DNA of 64,000 nt from Patescibacteria group bacterium (GCA_040384805.1 JAZKIP010000004.1:10255-74254), one strand, 5' to 3'. Shown: positions 29,451 to 40,452, counted from the first letter of the stretch. Made by a program: numbers and translations. Notes: generated from the sequence alone by a model not told the origin.

Positions 29451-30596
29451 TTAGTTAAGATTGTTCACCTCTTTTCCTGCTGAAAAAGAATCGGCAAGAG
29501 ATTTGCCTGCCATGATCCCGTTCGTGAAGCCGAAATCGCCGTTGCCGAAAATCTCATAAAGTCCATTGCGCTTTCGTACAGAAGGCCATTCATTGGAAGT
29601 TTTCAGCGTTGCGGCAGTCCAGTGATGGGAGATAGAGATATGTTCTTCTTGCAATGAAGGAAGTCTTTGCTTGATTATTTCAAGCAGTTTTTTTCTATGC
29701 AGCTCGAGTTCTTTTTCTGTCGAATGAGGATCGATTCTGCCCGATGTAAAGAGGCGAGAGCCTATCTTCCGTATATTGTAGTAGTCTTCTCCGAGAGTCC
29801 AGAACATGCCGCCTGTTTTCCAATCAAGATCGGCATCTTGGAGGCTCGATAATGGTTCGGTGACGATCGCTTGTTCGTGCGTAATGATTGCATCATCGGA
29901 ATTAAGGGAAGGATGCTCGCTTTCCAAGGCTATCACTACTCTTTGCGCGGTAATGATGCCGCCAGGCGTAGTAACAGTATGAGCATCGAATGTTATGGCA
30001 GGACTCTGTTCGTAGATGATCGCTCCATTTTCCTCCGCGGCTTGAGCCAAGCCTCGGACAAATTTTACAGGATGCATCATGCAATCTGAAGGATTATAAA
30101 GCTCAAGACCAAAAGGACTGACTTTCAATTGATGACCTTTCTCTATGATTTCTGTCAAAATACCAGCGTTATTGCGGGCTGTCATTTCTTTGCGAAGAAA
30201 TTCTTCCTCGGATTCCGTGGAAGCAATCAACAGGCTTCCTGGTTGTTCAAAGTCACACTCTATGGCATGCTCTTGGATCAAAGACTGGACCATTTTTCGA
30301 GCCTCAACTGTTTTTCGCCAAGAATCTCTGGTAGTATTAAGGCCCATCTGTTCTATGGCTACGACGAAAGGAATCGAGAAACCCTCAACGACCATTCCGC
30401 CGTTTTTGCCCGCCGCACCTGAGGCAATAGTATTTTTTTCGATCAGAATTGTTTTAAAGCCTTGTTTGGCGCAATGATACGCGGCTGAAACTCCCGTAAT
30501 ACCTGCTCCGATTATTACAATATCAGTTTTAATGTTTTCCGATAGCGCCATGCGTGCTTTATAGGGACTGTCGAGCCAGTAAGAAATAGACTTCAT
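29451..30596 (-). CDS. FAD-dependent oxidoreductase (DAO/PuuB family)
   Basis: IIGAGITG, GAAGKNGG, HPVKFVRGLA. Confidence 0.92.
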   Translation of the reverse strand: MKSISYWLDSPYKARMALSENIKTDIVIIGAGITGVSAAYHCAKQGFKTILIEKNTIASGAAGKNGGMVVEGFSIPFVVAIEQMGLNTTRDSWRKTVEARKMVQSLIQEHAIECDFEQPGSLLIASTESEEEFLRKEMTARNNAGILTEIIEKGHQLKVSPFGLELYNPSDCMMHPVKFVRGLAQAAEENGAIIYEQSPAITFDAHTVTTPGGIITAQRVVIALESEHPSLNSDDAIITHEQAIVTEPLSSLQDADLDWKTGGMFWTLGEDYYNIRKIGSRLFTSGRIDPHSTEKELELHRKKLLEIIKQRLPSLQEEHISISHHWTAATLKTSNEWPSVRKRNGLYEIFGNGDFGFTNGIMAGKSLADSFSAGKEVNNLN

Positions 30597-30821
30597 AATA
30601 TGGATTATAGCAGTTTCTTCATGGCGAAGTAATTAAAAAATGGCTTTACCATGAATTGTGTCAATGCATCATATTCCAGTCCTGCATAATTTTAATATTG
30701 TTTTGTCTTACTACAAGCAAGATAATTTTTGTCGTACTCAAGATAAATAAATTAGAATATCTTAATCATTTTTTTATCAAAAGTTTAACTTTTTATTTTT
30801 TCATCATGTTATGATCAAATC

Positions 30822-31196
30822 ATGACTGATGCTAAAAAAATTCTCATTGTCGAAGATGAAAAGCCGATGGCTCAGGCTCTCGAAACAAAACTCAACCGCG
30901 CGGGATTTAACGCGCGCGCGGTGTTCAACGGTTCTGAAGCGTTATCGACTCTTGAAATAGACATATTCGATCTGATCATCCTCGATCTGATCATGCCGCA
31001 GACCGACGGCTTCACCGTTCTTGAAAAACTCAAAGAAAAAGGCAACAAGACTCCCGTTATCGTTGCTTCCAATTTGCGGCAGGAGGAGGATTTCAGCCGG
31101 GCGAAGTCTCTCGGCGCGGTCGATTTCATCGTCAAATCCCGCTCATCCCTTTCTCAGATCGTTCTCTTGATCACCGAATTTTTTAATAAAAAATAA
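30822..31196 (+). CDS. single-domain response regulator
   Basis: ILIVEDE, LDLIMP, DG, K motifs. Confidence 0.93.
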   Translation: MTDAKKILIVEDEKPMAQALETKLNRAGFNARAVFNGSEALSTLEIDIFDLIILDLIMPQTDGFTVLEKLKEKGNKTPVIVASNLRQEEDFSRAKSLGAVDFIVKSRSSLSQIVLLITEFFNKK

Positions 31197-31204
31197 ACGC
31201 TTTC

Positions 31205-32911
31205 ATGAACGATACGGATCTTAAAAAAATTCTTTTAGAGGGGGGATACATTACCGAAGAGAACGCGGCAATCGCCGAGCGATATACGAAAGCCAATCAG
31301 ACATCTCTCTATGATGCGCTCATTGATCTTGATCTTTTGAATAAGACAGTCTTCGGCGAAGCGATCGCCGAATCGTATAATGTTCCGTTTGTCGATCTTA
31401 TACCGAACGCTCCGGTAAAGTCGATCGTCTTATCGTTGCCTGAAGATATCGCAAAGAAATACCATGTTGTTCTCTGGAATAAAGGCGATGAAAAGACATA
31501 TTCCTTCGCGACGGATAATCCGGACCAGAAAGGCCTAAGAGAAGATCTCGCAAAAGCATTTCCCGATCAAGAGATTGCCGTTTATTACGGGCTTCCGAAA
31601 GATGTTACCATGATCTTCGCTCATTATCGGTTCCCGATAAAGACGCGCCTCGATAGCATTGCTGCTTCTGGAGAGGATGTCGCATCGCGGCTCTTAAAGG
31701 AAATATATGAGGAAGCACTCGTCTATAATGCGTCCGACATCCATATCGAGCCGCAAAAAGCGGATGTCCGTATCCGGTTCCGCATCGACGGCGTTCTTCA
31801 GGAAGTGACCCGTATTGCCAGAGATCTTCATACGGCAGTGATCAACCTTATCAAGGTCGATGCTGATCTGCGCATCGATGAGCATGCCTCAAGCCAGGAT
31901 GGCGCGATCCGCTATGAGAACAACGGCACGGCGACCGATTTTCGCGTTTCGATTCTTCCGACGCTTCCCGGAGAGAAAGTGGTCATGCGCATCCTTTCAA
32001 CCTATTCCCAAACGTTGGCCCTGCGCGAGCTTGGTCTTTCGTCCGGCGACGAGATGCTGATCCGCGCAAGCATCAAGAGGCCGTACGGCATGGTCTTGGT
32101 GACCGGCCCGACGGGATCGGGAAAGACGACGACGCTCTACTCGATCATCAAGGTTCTCAATACGCCGAATGTCAACATTACGACGATCGAAGATCCTGTT
32201 GAATATGAAGTCAACGGTATCAATCAGGTACAAGTGAATCCTCATGGAAATCTGACATTCGACAAGGGATTGCGCAGCATCGTTCGTCAGGATCCGAATA
32301 TTATTCTCGTCGGCGAAATTCGCGATCTTGAAACGGCCAATGTCGCCGTCAATGCGGCATTGACGGGGCATCTCCTTCTTTCGACATTTCATGCCAATGA
32401 TGCCGCCTCGACGATCCCGCGCTTGATCGATCTCGGCATTCCTCCCTTTATGATCGCCTCGACGCTCGAGCTTATCGCGACCCAGCGCCTCGTGCGTCTT
32501 ATCTGTCCGGGATGTCGCCAGAGCGTTACGCTTACGAAAGCTCAAATCGACGAGATCGCTCCTGGCGCGAGCCGTTACTTCGATGCTGATCCTGTCATCC
32601 TCTATGTCGGGAAGAAGTGCGAGGTCTGCAGCTGGACCGGCTATTTCAGCCGCCATGCGATCTTCGAAGTGATCAAAGTGACGCCCGAGCTTCAGGATAT
32701 GATCTTAACGAGTCCCTCGGCCAAGCAACTGCGGGAGCTCTCGCGTTCGCAGGGGTTCCTCTCTCTTTTTGAGAACGGGCTCCTGCTTGTGAAGCAGGGA
32801 CAGACGACTCTCGAAGAGCTTGCTCGCGTTACTGCTACTCCTGATGCTCCGGTCGGCGAAGAAAATACGAAAAATTATGCAGCCAGAAACTCGCAAAAAA
32901 CAAAAAAATAA
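31205..32911 (+). CDS. GspE/PilB-family ATPase
   Basis: GPTGSGKTTT, TIEDPVEY, RQDPNIILVGEIRD, TGHL, two CxxC. Confidence 0.96.
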   Translation: MNDTDLKKILLEGGYITEENAAIAERYTKANQTSLYDALIDLDLLNKTVFGEAIAESYNVPFVDLIPNAPVKSIVLSLPEDIAKKYHVVLWNKGDEKTYSFATDNPDQKGLREDLAKAFPDQEIAVYYGLPKDVTMIFAHYRFPIKTRLDSIAASGEDVASRLLKEIYEEALVYNASDIHIEPQKADVRIRFRIDGVLQEVTRIARDLHTAVINLIKVDADLRIDEHASSQDGAIRYENNGTATDFRVSILPTLPGEKVVMRILSTYSQTLALRELGLSSGDEMLIRASIKRPYGMVLVTGPTGSGKTTTLYSIIKVLNTPNVNITTIEDPVEYEVNGINQVQVNPHGNLTFDKGLRSIVRQDPNIILVGEIRDLETANVAVNAALTGHLLLSTFHANDAASTIPRLIDLGIPPFMIASTLELIATQRLVRLICPGCRQSVTLTKAQIDEIAPGASRYFDADPVILYVGKKCEVCSWTGYFSRHAIFEVIKVTPELQDMILTSPSAKQLRELSRSQGFLSLFENGLLLVKQGQTTLEELARVTATPDAPVGEENTKNYAARNSQKTKK

Positions 32912-33977
32912 GAATCGCTTTTTTCTCTTCGGCATTTCAACCGAAGAGAAAAACTTTTTCATTGAAAATGTAAGCCTTCTTCTTGATTCGGACATGGGGG
33001 TTTCGTATGCACTGGAGACGCTCGGATCGGAAGCGAAAACTCCCGCCATGCGGCAAGCAATCGGAAATATGAGAGACTCCCTGCTGTCCGGTTCTTCTTT
33101 CTGGAAAGCACTTGATGCGCCGAAAATCTTCCCGGCGCGCCTTATCTCGCTCGTGAAAATCGGAGAAGAAGGCGGAACGCTTGCCGAAAGCCTTAAAAGC
33201 GGCTCTCGTGAGGCCGAGAAGGAGAAAAAATTCCATGGCAAATTGCGCTCTGCGCTTATTTACCCCGGCATGGTATTCCTTGTGGCGATCGTCGTCGTTC
33301 TTGTCGCGTCATGGACGGTTCTGCCGAAGCTTACCGCTATCTTCAAGGAGAGCAACGTCGCTTTGCCTCTTGCGACGCGCATTCTGGTCGGTTTCGGGGA
33401 TCTCATGGTTGCGCGCGGCATCTATATCGTGCCCGGAGTCATTCTTGTTCTCGGCGCTCTCTATTATTTTCTCTTTCTCTTCAAGAAAACGAAATTCACC
33501 GGCGACTTTCTGCTTTTCCATACTCCCGGCTTCAAGACGATCCTTCAGACCACGGAGATCGCGCGCATGGGATACTCATGCGGGACGCTTTTGAAAGCTG
33601 GCGTATCGGTGACGACCGTTTTCGAGTCGCTTGCCGAAGGCGCGAGCCTTACGATGTATCAGAAGCTTTATATGTATATCCGCGACCGCATCCGGCAGGG
33701 GGATACGATCCAAAAAGCGATCAACTCATACCCGCACTCCCGATCGCTTATTCCGTTTCAGGTCACGAATCTCATCGGCGTAGCTGAGAAATCGGGAAAA
33801 CTTTCCGAGACTTTTACGCGTATCGGCGGATTGTATGAAGACAAATCCGATACGTTTACCAAAAATATCGGAACGATCATAGAGCCCCTGATCGTCATCG
33901 TGGTCGGCCTTGTAGTTGCGGGCGTCGTCTTTGCGATCATTACGCCGATTTATTCATTAACGACCGCCATTGCCTGA
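32877..33977 (+). CDS. GspF/PilC-family platform protein
   Basis: GEEGG.L, ALIYP, AEKSGKL, IIEP motifs, three TM segments. Confidence 0.93.
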   Translation: MQPETRKKQKNKNRFFLFGISTEEKNFFIENVSLLLDSDMGVSYALETLGSEAKTPAMRQAIGNMRDSLLSGSSFWKALDAPKIFPARLISLVKIGEEGGTLAESLKSGSREAEKEKKFHGKLRSALIYPGMVFLVAIVVVLVASWTVLPKLTAIFKESNVALPLATRILVGFGDLMVARGIYIVPGVILVLGALYYFLFLFKKTKFTGDFLLFHTPGFKTILQTTEIARMGYSCGTLLKAGVSVTTVFESLAEGASLTMYQKLYMYIRDRIRQGDTIQKAINSYPHSRSLIPFQVTNLIGVAEKSGKLSETFTRIGGLYEDKSDTFTKNIGTIIEPLIVIVVGLVVAGVVFAIITPIYSLTTAIA

Positions 33978-33978
33978 T

Positions 33979-34410
33979 ATGACGAACCGCGGATTTACCA
34001 TGGTTGAGATGATGATATGCGTGGGCATTCTTGCTCTCGTTGGAAGCATATCTCTCGCCTCGTATTATTCCTTCCGCAATCAATCGAGCGTCTCCGTGGC
34101 TTCCCAGACAATCGCTCACGTCATGCGGCGGGCGATGATCGCATCGGAGGCCATGGATGGCGATTCATCGTGGGGTGTTTATGTCGGAGCGAATACCGTT
34201 ACCCTTTTTAAGGGCCCGACATATGCAGATCGAGCAGCAAGCGCCGATCGATCGTTCGATGTCTCGGGAGCAAGCATTACGGGATTAAGCGAGATAACGT
34301 TTGCAAAATTGACCGGGTATCCGTCGCAAACGGGAACGATGACAATAACCGGCCGGGGAAATACAAGCGCAACCCTCTCACTCAATGCAAAAGGAGCAAT
34401 TACATATTAA
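33979..34410 (+). CDS. type IV prepilin-like protein
   Basis: RGFTMVE cleavage/methylation motif. Confidence 0.9.
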   Translation: MTNRGFTMVEMMICVGILALVGSISLASYYSFRNQSSVSVASQTIAHVMRRAMIASEAMDGDSSWGVYVGANTVTLFKGPTYADRAASADRSFDVSGASITGLSEITFAKLTGYPSQTGTMTITGRGNTSATLSLNAKGAITY

Positions 34411-35095
34411 TAAAAGATCGCGAGGATTCGTTCTCATCGATGCTCTGGTCTCTGCAGGCATCCTTCTTGTGATCGTCGGGGCGTTCGTCTCGGGCATCAT
34501 ATCAAGCCAGAGGGCGGCCTTTGTCGCCGGAGATAAGAACCGGGCGCTCTTTTTAGCGGAAGAAGGGCTTGAAGCGGCACGTAATATCCGCGATGCGAAC
34601 TACTCGAATCTGGTTGACGGTACCTATGGTATTCAAACGACAGGGAATCAGTACGGTCTTTCCGGAAGCCAGGATACGAGCGATATATTCACGAGAACCG
34701 TTCAAGTGAAGACGGTCGATCCCGTCACCAAGCAGATCATCTCGACTGTCGCATGGAACAAGTATGGCGCGCGAAGCGTTACAGTAACGACCGACCTTGT
34801 TAACCCGACTCTTTTGGGCATGGCAGGCTTAGTAACGGTCGATGTGTCAGCTGCGGTGCGGACGGGCATATTGAATCTAGCCGTCACGGGAATCATGGTG
34901 ACCAATAACGGATCAAGCCCGGTCGTTATCTCCTCGATCTCGATCGGCGGACTCATAAATGTCGGAACGGTTACGATCGCACCGGGAAGCACGGCCAATC
35001 TCGGAACGCTGTCTCTGCCCCTTTTGAGCGGATTGCTGCCGACGGTTATTACCTTTACGGATCAGACAACAAAAGCTCTTAATCTTTCGCTATGA
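34385..35095 (+). CDS. minor prepilin-like protein
   Basis: RGFVLID, LAEEGLEAARNIRD. Confidence 0.85.
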   Translation: MQKEQLHINKRSRGFVLIDALVSAGILLVIVGAFVSGIISSQRAAFVAGDKNRALFLAEEGLEAARNIRDANYSNLVDGTYGIQTTGNQYGLSGSQDTSDIFTRTVQVKTVDPVTKQIISTVAWNKYGARSVTVTTDLVNPTLLGMAGLVTVDVSAAVRTGILNLAVTGIMVTNNGSSPVVISSISIGGLINVGTVTIAPGSTANLGTLSLPLLSGLLPTVITFTDQTTKALNLSL

Positions 35096-35613
35096 TGATG
35101 CCATCTTTACTGCAAAAAAATAAGGGATTTACTCTCATCGAAATTCTTGTCGCGATCGGCGTTTTGACGCTTATTCTTGGCGCCACTATCTCCTTGATTA
35201 TGATGCTCGTTCAAAGCAGATCTCGAAGCCAGATCGTCGGCGAAGTTGACGGGCAGGGAACAAACATCATGCAGACTCTTGCTCAAACCATCCGCAATGC
35301 CTCTTCGATTGCAGCGCCTGCAACAGGAGCCTCCGCTTCGGCCGTATCGCTCGTCATGTCCGACAGCGCGAAATCCCCGACCTCTTTTTCTCTTTCAGGC
35401 GGCATCATATCGATGACAGAAGGGAGTACGGCCGCCGTGCCGCTCTCATCGTCCCAAGTGACGGTTTCGAATCTCTCATTTCTAAATCTCTCTCGTCCAA
35501 GCACTCCCGGAGTCATCCGTATTCAATTTACCGTCTCCTATTCGACAGGCGCGTATGCGTACTCGAAGAATTTTATCGGCGCTGCAAGCCTGCGGCAGCT
35601 TGTGTTAAAATGA
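35092..35613 (+). CDS. minor prepilin-like protein (PilW-like)
   Basis: KGFTLIE motif. Confidence 0.9.
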   Translation: MMMPSLLQKNKGFTLIEILVAIGVLTLILGATISLIMMLVQSRSRSQIVGEVDGQGTNIMQTLAQTIRNASSIAAPATGASASAVSLVMSDSAKSPTSFSLSGGIISMTEGSTAAVPLSSSQVTVSNLSFLNLSRPSTPGVIRIQFTVSYSTGAYAYSKNFIGAASLRQLVLK

Positions 35614-35619
35614 ATCAAG

Positions 35620-36036
35620 ATGAATCAGAACTCTATACAGATGAAGAGAGGGGGATATGTCGCGATCATCGCGGTTGTTATCACTGCGATCGTGGGACTT
35701 GCCATTGTGAATGCCATGAGCGCACTGGCGTTCAGCTCTCATGCGACGGCTCTCGCTCGTGAGCGATCGGAACAGGCAAAAGGATTGGCCAATGCCTGCG
35801 CAGAACTTGCCTTGCAGAAAATGATCGGCTCGGCCGCATTCGTCGGTACGGCCAACGTGCCGCTTGGAGCCGGGACATGCACATATACCGTCACTCAGCT
35901 AAGCTCTCTCTCAAGCGTCATTCAGGCAACCGGAACGGTTGCGACGGTTGTAAGAAAAGTCAAAGTCGCAATTACCGTGTCGAATATCATGCCGGTTCTT
36001 AAAATATCCTCATGGCAGGAAATATCCGATTTTTAA
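35620..36036 (+). CDS. PilX-like minor pilin
   Basis: RGGYVAII, LANACAELAL, ends SWQEI. Confidence 0.75.
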   Translation: MNQNSIQMKRGGYVAIIAVVITAIVGLAIVNAMSALAFSSHATALARERSEQAKGLANACAELALQKMIGSAAFVGTANVPLGAGTCTYTVTQLSSLSSVIQATGTVATVVRKVKVAITVSNIMPVLKISSWQEISDF

Positions 36037-36039
36037 TAT

Positions 36040-37947
36040 ATGAGATCATTTAAAACATCTTCCATACTCATTCTGACAGCTATCGTTTTAGTTGTTGGTA
36101 TCTTTATGACGCTTTCGATCGGGGAAAAGACCGACACGGAGCAGCGCGAAGCGCTCCAGTTGCGGGCGGAGATCGCAGCCAAAGCGATCAGAAGCGAGGA
36201 TATCTTGAACTTATCGGGAACGACTGCCGATATCGATTCTCCTGTCTATGTGAATCTCAAAAATATCATGCAGGCTCTCAAGGGTGTCCGTCCCGATATC
36301 CGGTTCGTTTATCTGATGGGATACTCTGGTGGGGAAAAGCTTTTCTTTTATATTGATTCGGAGGACCCCCGCTCTCCAGACTATTCGACGCCCGGAGATA
36401 TATATGAAGACACTACGCCTCAAGAGCTCGACGGTTTTAAAAACGGACAGGCTTTCGTGGAAGGTCCTCTTCAGGACGAGTGGGGAACATGGGTGAGCGC
36501 CTTCGCTCCTGTTAAAGACGAGAATGGCACGACGATCGCTCTTTTGGGCATGGATGTTAACGCATCCTTGTGGAATTATGTCGTTTTTGAAAAAGAAATT
36601 CCTCCCTTGCTTATAACCGCATTCTTGATCATTCTTCTTTTGTCGTATCTTTACTTTGCTCAACGTACCGATATATATATCCAGAGGATTAAAAAAAGCG
36701 AAGCGATCGCCGATATTGAGCGCAATCGGCTGCGCAGCTTGTATGAGATAGGGAATAACCAGCATGAAAGCATCGCCGAGCAGTTTCGTTCCGCATTGAA
36801 AGTCGGCAACACGACCCTTGAAACACGCATGGCGCTGATCAATCGCATTATCGGCGATGAGTTTACGGTTCTCTATGTGGTTGCGCCGTCAGATAGCATT
36901 GATGAGGGAGACCGCTTCTCGCTTAAGGAGACATACTGCGACATTACTGTCCGCAAGGACGATGTCGTTGCGATCAGCGCCATGAGCATTTCCGAATACA
37001 AGGCTCACGCTTGCTATTCGAAATTCGGACTTGAATCATATATCGGAGTGCCGATCAAGGTCAACGGGGAACTCTTCGGTACGCTCACATTCTCTGCGCC
37101 CGATCCGCACCGTCCCGAATTTTCCGAAAGCGATAAGGACTTCGTCCGCTTGATGGGCGCGTGGGTGTCCGCGACGCTCGAACGGGCCGAAGTCGACAAG
37201 ATGAAATCCGAATTCGTATCCCTTGCGTCGCATCAGCTCAATACGCCGCTCTCGACCATCAACTGGTTCGTCGATCTCCTGACAACGGATGAAAAAGAGG
37301 CATTGTCTCCCGAACAGAAAAAATACGTCACCGGCATAGGGGAGGCGAGTACTCGTATGGTCGATCTTGTGGATGCTCTTTTGAACGTATCGCGGATCGA
37401 GATGGGAACCTTCGCCGTTGCTCCCGTTCCGGTCCGACTCGACGAGGTTGCCGAGAGCTTGCTTTCAGAGCTTGATCATCAGATCAAGGAGAAAAAGCTC
37501 TTTGTAACGAAGGATTTTGATCCGGGAATCCCTCCGATTCCGGCCGATCCGAGCCTTATTCGGATCGTATTCCAGAACCTTCTGACAAATGCCATCAAGT
37601 ACAATATCGACGGAGGAAAGCTTGATATTCGAATCATTCAAAAACCGGAGTATAAAGACATGGTCTATTGCGAGATTGCCGATACGGGCCTCGGCGTTCC
37701 GAAGAAAGACCAATCACGGATTTTCCAGAAGCTTTTCCGGGCGGATAACGCCAAGATGAAGATCACCGACGGCAATGGCTTGGGCCTCTATATCGTCAAA
37801 TCAATTATAGAGTCGGCCGGCGGCAAGATCTGGTTTGCCTCCGAGGAAAACAAGGGAACAATCTTCTCATTTGTCTTGCCGCTTTCCGGAATGAAAGCCA
37901 GATCGGGTTCTAAGGCCCTCGTATCGGGAGAAAAGCACGAGATGTAG
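36040..37947 (+). CDS. membrane sensor histidine kinase with GAF domain
   Basis: Two TM segments, GAF (YIGVPI...FGTL), SHQLNTPL H-box, N, G1 and G2 boxes. Confidence 0.95.
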   Translation: MRSFKTSSILILTAIVLVVGIFMTLSIGEKTDTEQREALQLRAEIAAKAIRSEDILNLSGTTADIDSPVYVNLKNIMQALKGVRPDIRFVYLMGYSGGEKLFFYIDSEDPRSPDYSTPGDIYEDTTPQELDGFKNGQAFVEGPLQDEWGTWVSAFAPVKDENGTTIALLGMDVNASLWNYVVFEKEIPPLLITAFLIILLLSYLYFAQRTDIYIQRIKKSEAIADIERNRLRSLYEIGNNQHESIAEQFRSALKVGNTTLETRMALINRIIGDEFTVLYVVAPSDSIDEGDRFSLKETYCDITVRKDDVVAISAMSISEYKAHACYSKFGLESYIGVPIKVNGELFGTLTFSAPDPHRPEFSESDKDFVRLMGAWVSATLERAEVDKMKSEFVSLASHQLNTPLSTINWFVDLLTTDEKEALSPEQKKYVTGIGEASTRMVDLVDALLNVSRIEMGTFAVAPVPVRLDEVAESLLSELDHQIKEKKLFVTKDFDPGIPPIPADPSLIRIVFQNLLTNAIKYNIDGGKLDIRIIQKPEYKDMVYCEIADTGLGVPKKDQSRIFQKLFRADNAKMKITDGNGLGLYIVKSIIESAGGKIWFASEENKGTIFSFVLPLSGMKARSGSKALVSGEKHEM

Positions 37948-38133
37948 GAATGATGAATTATATCCTTGTATTTGCTATATTTAATCCATGGATAAAAATT
38001 TCAAAAACCTGCATGAAAATAAGGAAAAGCCTCTTAATGAGATAGTGAAGAAAGTAAACACTCTTCTTTGTCCAGTCTTAGAAGCTACTTTTTCCAGAAT
38101 AAATTAAAAGAGACCTCAGGGTCATAGCTCTTT

Positions 38134-38544
38134 ATGAAAAACAACACTAAAATACTTTATGGAATTATCGGTTTGCTGATTGGCGTCATTATTGGAGGAA
38201 GCGCAGTTTCTTTTCATCATCGGAGAGGGGATAGTCGGGAGTATGCATCTGAAAGCGGAACGCATCGCATGCCGGATGGAACGCTCATGAGCAATAGCGG
38301 AAGCCATATGGAGACCATGATGGGAGATATGATGGCGGAGCTTGAAGGTAAAACAGGAGATGCTTTTGATAAAGCATTCCTTGAAGAAATGATCGTCCAC
38401 CATGAAGGCGCAGTCGAGATGGCAAAAGCCGTCCTTGAAAATTCAAAACAGCCGGAGCTTATAAAATTAGCCACTAATATAATTTCTACTCAAACCAGAG
38501 AGATTGAAACCATGCGTGAATGGCAGGCAGCATGGTTTAAGTGA
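38134..38544 (+). CDS. DUF305-family protein
   Basis: FLEEMIVHHEGAVEMA, Q..EI..M..W. Confidence 0.9.
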   Translation: MKNNTKILYGIIGLLIGVIIGGSAVSFHHRRGDSREYASESGTHRMPDGTLMSNSGSHMETMMGDMMAELEGKTGDAFDKAFLEEMIVHHEGAVEMAKAVLENSKQPELIKLATNIISTQTREIETMREWQAAWFK

Positions 38545-38582
38545 TAAGAAAGGCCTCAAGCTTGCTTGTTGGGCCCAAGCTG

Positions 38583-40169
38583 CTATGAGAGAAACACATC
38601 CTCTTCTTTTGTGGGTAAAAATTGTGATTCCTCATTTTTTTGCACTTTATAACGTATTGCATATTCAACAAGAGCCTGTTTTGTAAGCATATATGATGCA
38701 AGGGCATGCGGATCCTTCAGGTCCTCGTTCTGTATCTGGATTCCCTGGGTTTTCTTCAATTCCTCTAGAAATCTCTTTTTTGCAGAGTAGATCAGACTTT
38801 TGTTAGAATCGGGGGAATTTTCTTCTTTCATTTTTTTCTCCAGTTCTTTTAAGGTTTCCGACAGCTGTGAGAAAAAATCCGGATTTGACAGCATCCAGAA
38901 TTTCCTATGGCTTTCCATGTAGTTTATGAAATAGTCTTCAAATGTTTCATTGTCTGCATTTATCATTTCTTCGGTTATCGGCAGCAGCGCGTAGCTGTCA
39001 CTGTTGATATCCTCATTCTTATACAGGCCCAATTCGACGAATGCTTCTGCAAGCGCGCCGTATAGAGTGTCTCCATCTTTGAAAGGTTGATAATAGAAGC
39101 TTTTTTGCCGCAAGAGATTGTTATCTACCAGTGTTTCAGGAGCTGCCATTCCGGCTACGATAATTTTGGATTCTTCCAATGCCCTCTTGTAAAGATCTGC
39201 TTCTTGCGGAGTCGTATTGGCGATAGCTCTTTGCAAATTCCCCAGTTCGCTTTCCAGTATCTCCGCGTCCGTCTGCGAATTTTTTTCTTGGTTGGAACGC
39301 GCAGGTTTTTTCTGAATAGGATCTTCCATGGTTGTCGACTCTGGAGTTTCCTCCCCTGTCATTGATTCTATGATTTGTTCTCCAAGCTCCCTGTGTGATT
39401 TCGCAAAGTCTCCGTTATTCAGGGTAATGTGCTTTGCCTTCTTGAGAGTTTCAACCGCGCTTTCATATTTGTCATTGCCTTCTTTTTCTTTCGCGAACGA
39501 TTCCAGTCTTTCAAGGATTGATCCCCGATTTTCATCATCAAGAAGAACAACAATAACATTGCTTTTCTTCTCTATGGCCTTTGCTATCTCCTGCCCGCCG
39601 ACCACGTCGAATTTATCAAGTACGTCATGTGTCAAAAGAACAACCGTCTGCCCTTTTTCAGGAATGCCGGCGTTGATCGACTCTTTCCATCGGTTTCCCA
39701 ATGGCAGGCCTTTGGCAAGTTCAGCACCTCCTGAAGACGAGAATTCTTCCTCGTCGATAGTTATATTCGTTTCCTGATTATCAAACCATACGAGCATGCC
39801 TATGGAGCGAAGAGCAAGATGCAATTTTCGAGCCATCTCTTCGTTACGGCGCGAATATGAGACCATTACTTCGCGAGACGGGAGTTTTGCAAGCAAGGGA
39901 TGCATGTCCGCTATTCCTTCCGCTATCGCTTCCACTTCCTCAAGACTATCTTTTCTCTTCTTATATGTAATCGTCTTTTCCGTTCCTTTCTGGCTGGCTT
40001 CAGTGTCGAGTGTCTTTTGCAGGGATTCGACTCCTGCTTTTAGGTTCTGAAGCGACGCCCTCCTTTCAGACACATTAAGAGGCTCCATACTAACCTCTGA
40101 CTGCTCGGCCTTATTATAAACAGAACCACCGTCCTTATTATTTAAATTGAATTTTCTTCTTTCTATCAT
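38583..40169 (-). CDS. TIR-domain-containing protein
   Basis: VMVSYSRRN...LVWFD...WKESINAGI...VVLLT...QEIAKA...VIVVLLD. Confidence 0.75.
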   Translation of the reverse strand: MIERRKFNLNNKDGGSVYNKAEQSEVSMEPLNVSERRASLQNLKAGVESLQKTLDTEASQKGTEKTITYKKRKDSLEEVEAIAEGIADMHPLLAKLPSREVMVSYSRRNEEMARKLHLALRSIGMLVWFDNQETNITIDEEEFSSSGGAELAKGLPLGNRWKESINAGIPEKGQTVVLLTHDVLDKFDVVGGQEIAKAIEKKSNVIVVLLDDENRGSILERLESFAKEKEGNDKYESAVETLKKAKHITLNNGDFAKSHRELGEQIIESMTGEETPESTTMEDPIQKKPARSNQEKNSQTDAEILESELGNLQRAIANTTPQEADLYKRALEESKIIVAGMAAPETLVDNNLLRQKSFYYQPFKDGDTLYGALAEAFVELGLYKNEDINSDSYALLPITEEMINADNETFEDYFINYMESHRKFWMLSNPDFFSQLSETLKELEKKMKEENSPDSNKSLIYSAKKRFLEELKKTQGIQIQNEDLKDPHALASYMLTKQALVEYAIRYKVQKNEESQFLPTKEEDVFLS

Positions 40170-40452
40170 ATATGTAATTATATCACGGTGATTTTTAAAA
40201 TATAGTCCGCCTGGATCTTGGGAATTGAAACCCCTAAGAGTGAAAAAAGATTTCAAACTTGCCATATATTGAATACTTTATACTTCGTGGTATAATAATT
40301 ACGTGTTTAATATAAACTCAATTTTCAATAACCCCCCAAAATCAGCCAAAGAAGAAAAGGGGAGAACCGATACTAAAGGAAAAACGGAGAGAAAAGAAAA
40401 ATCACTGTGGTTTAAGGTCGCGGCCGGCTTTTCAAAATATCTTACCGATTGA

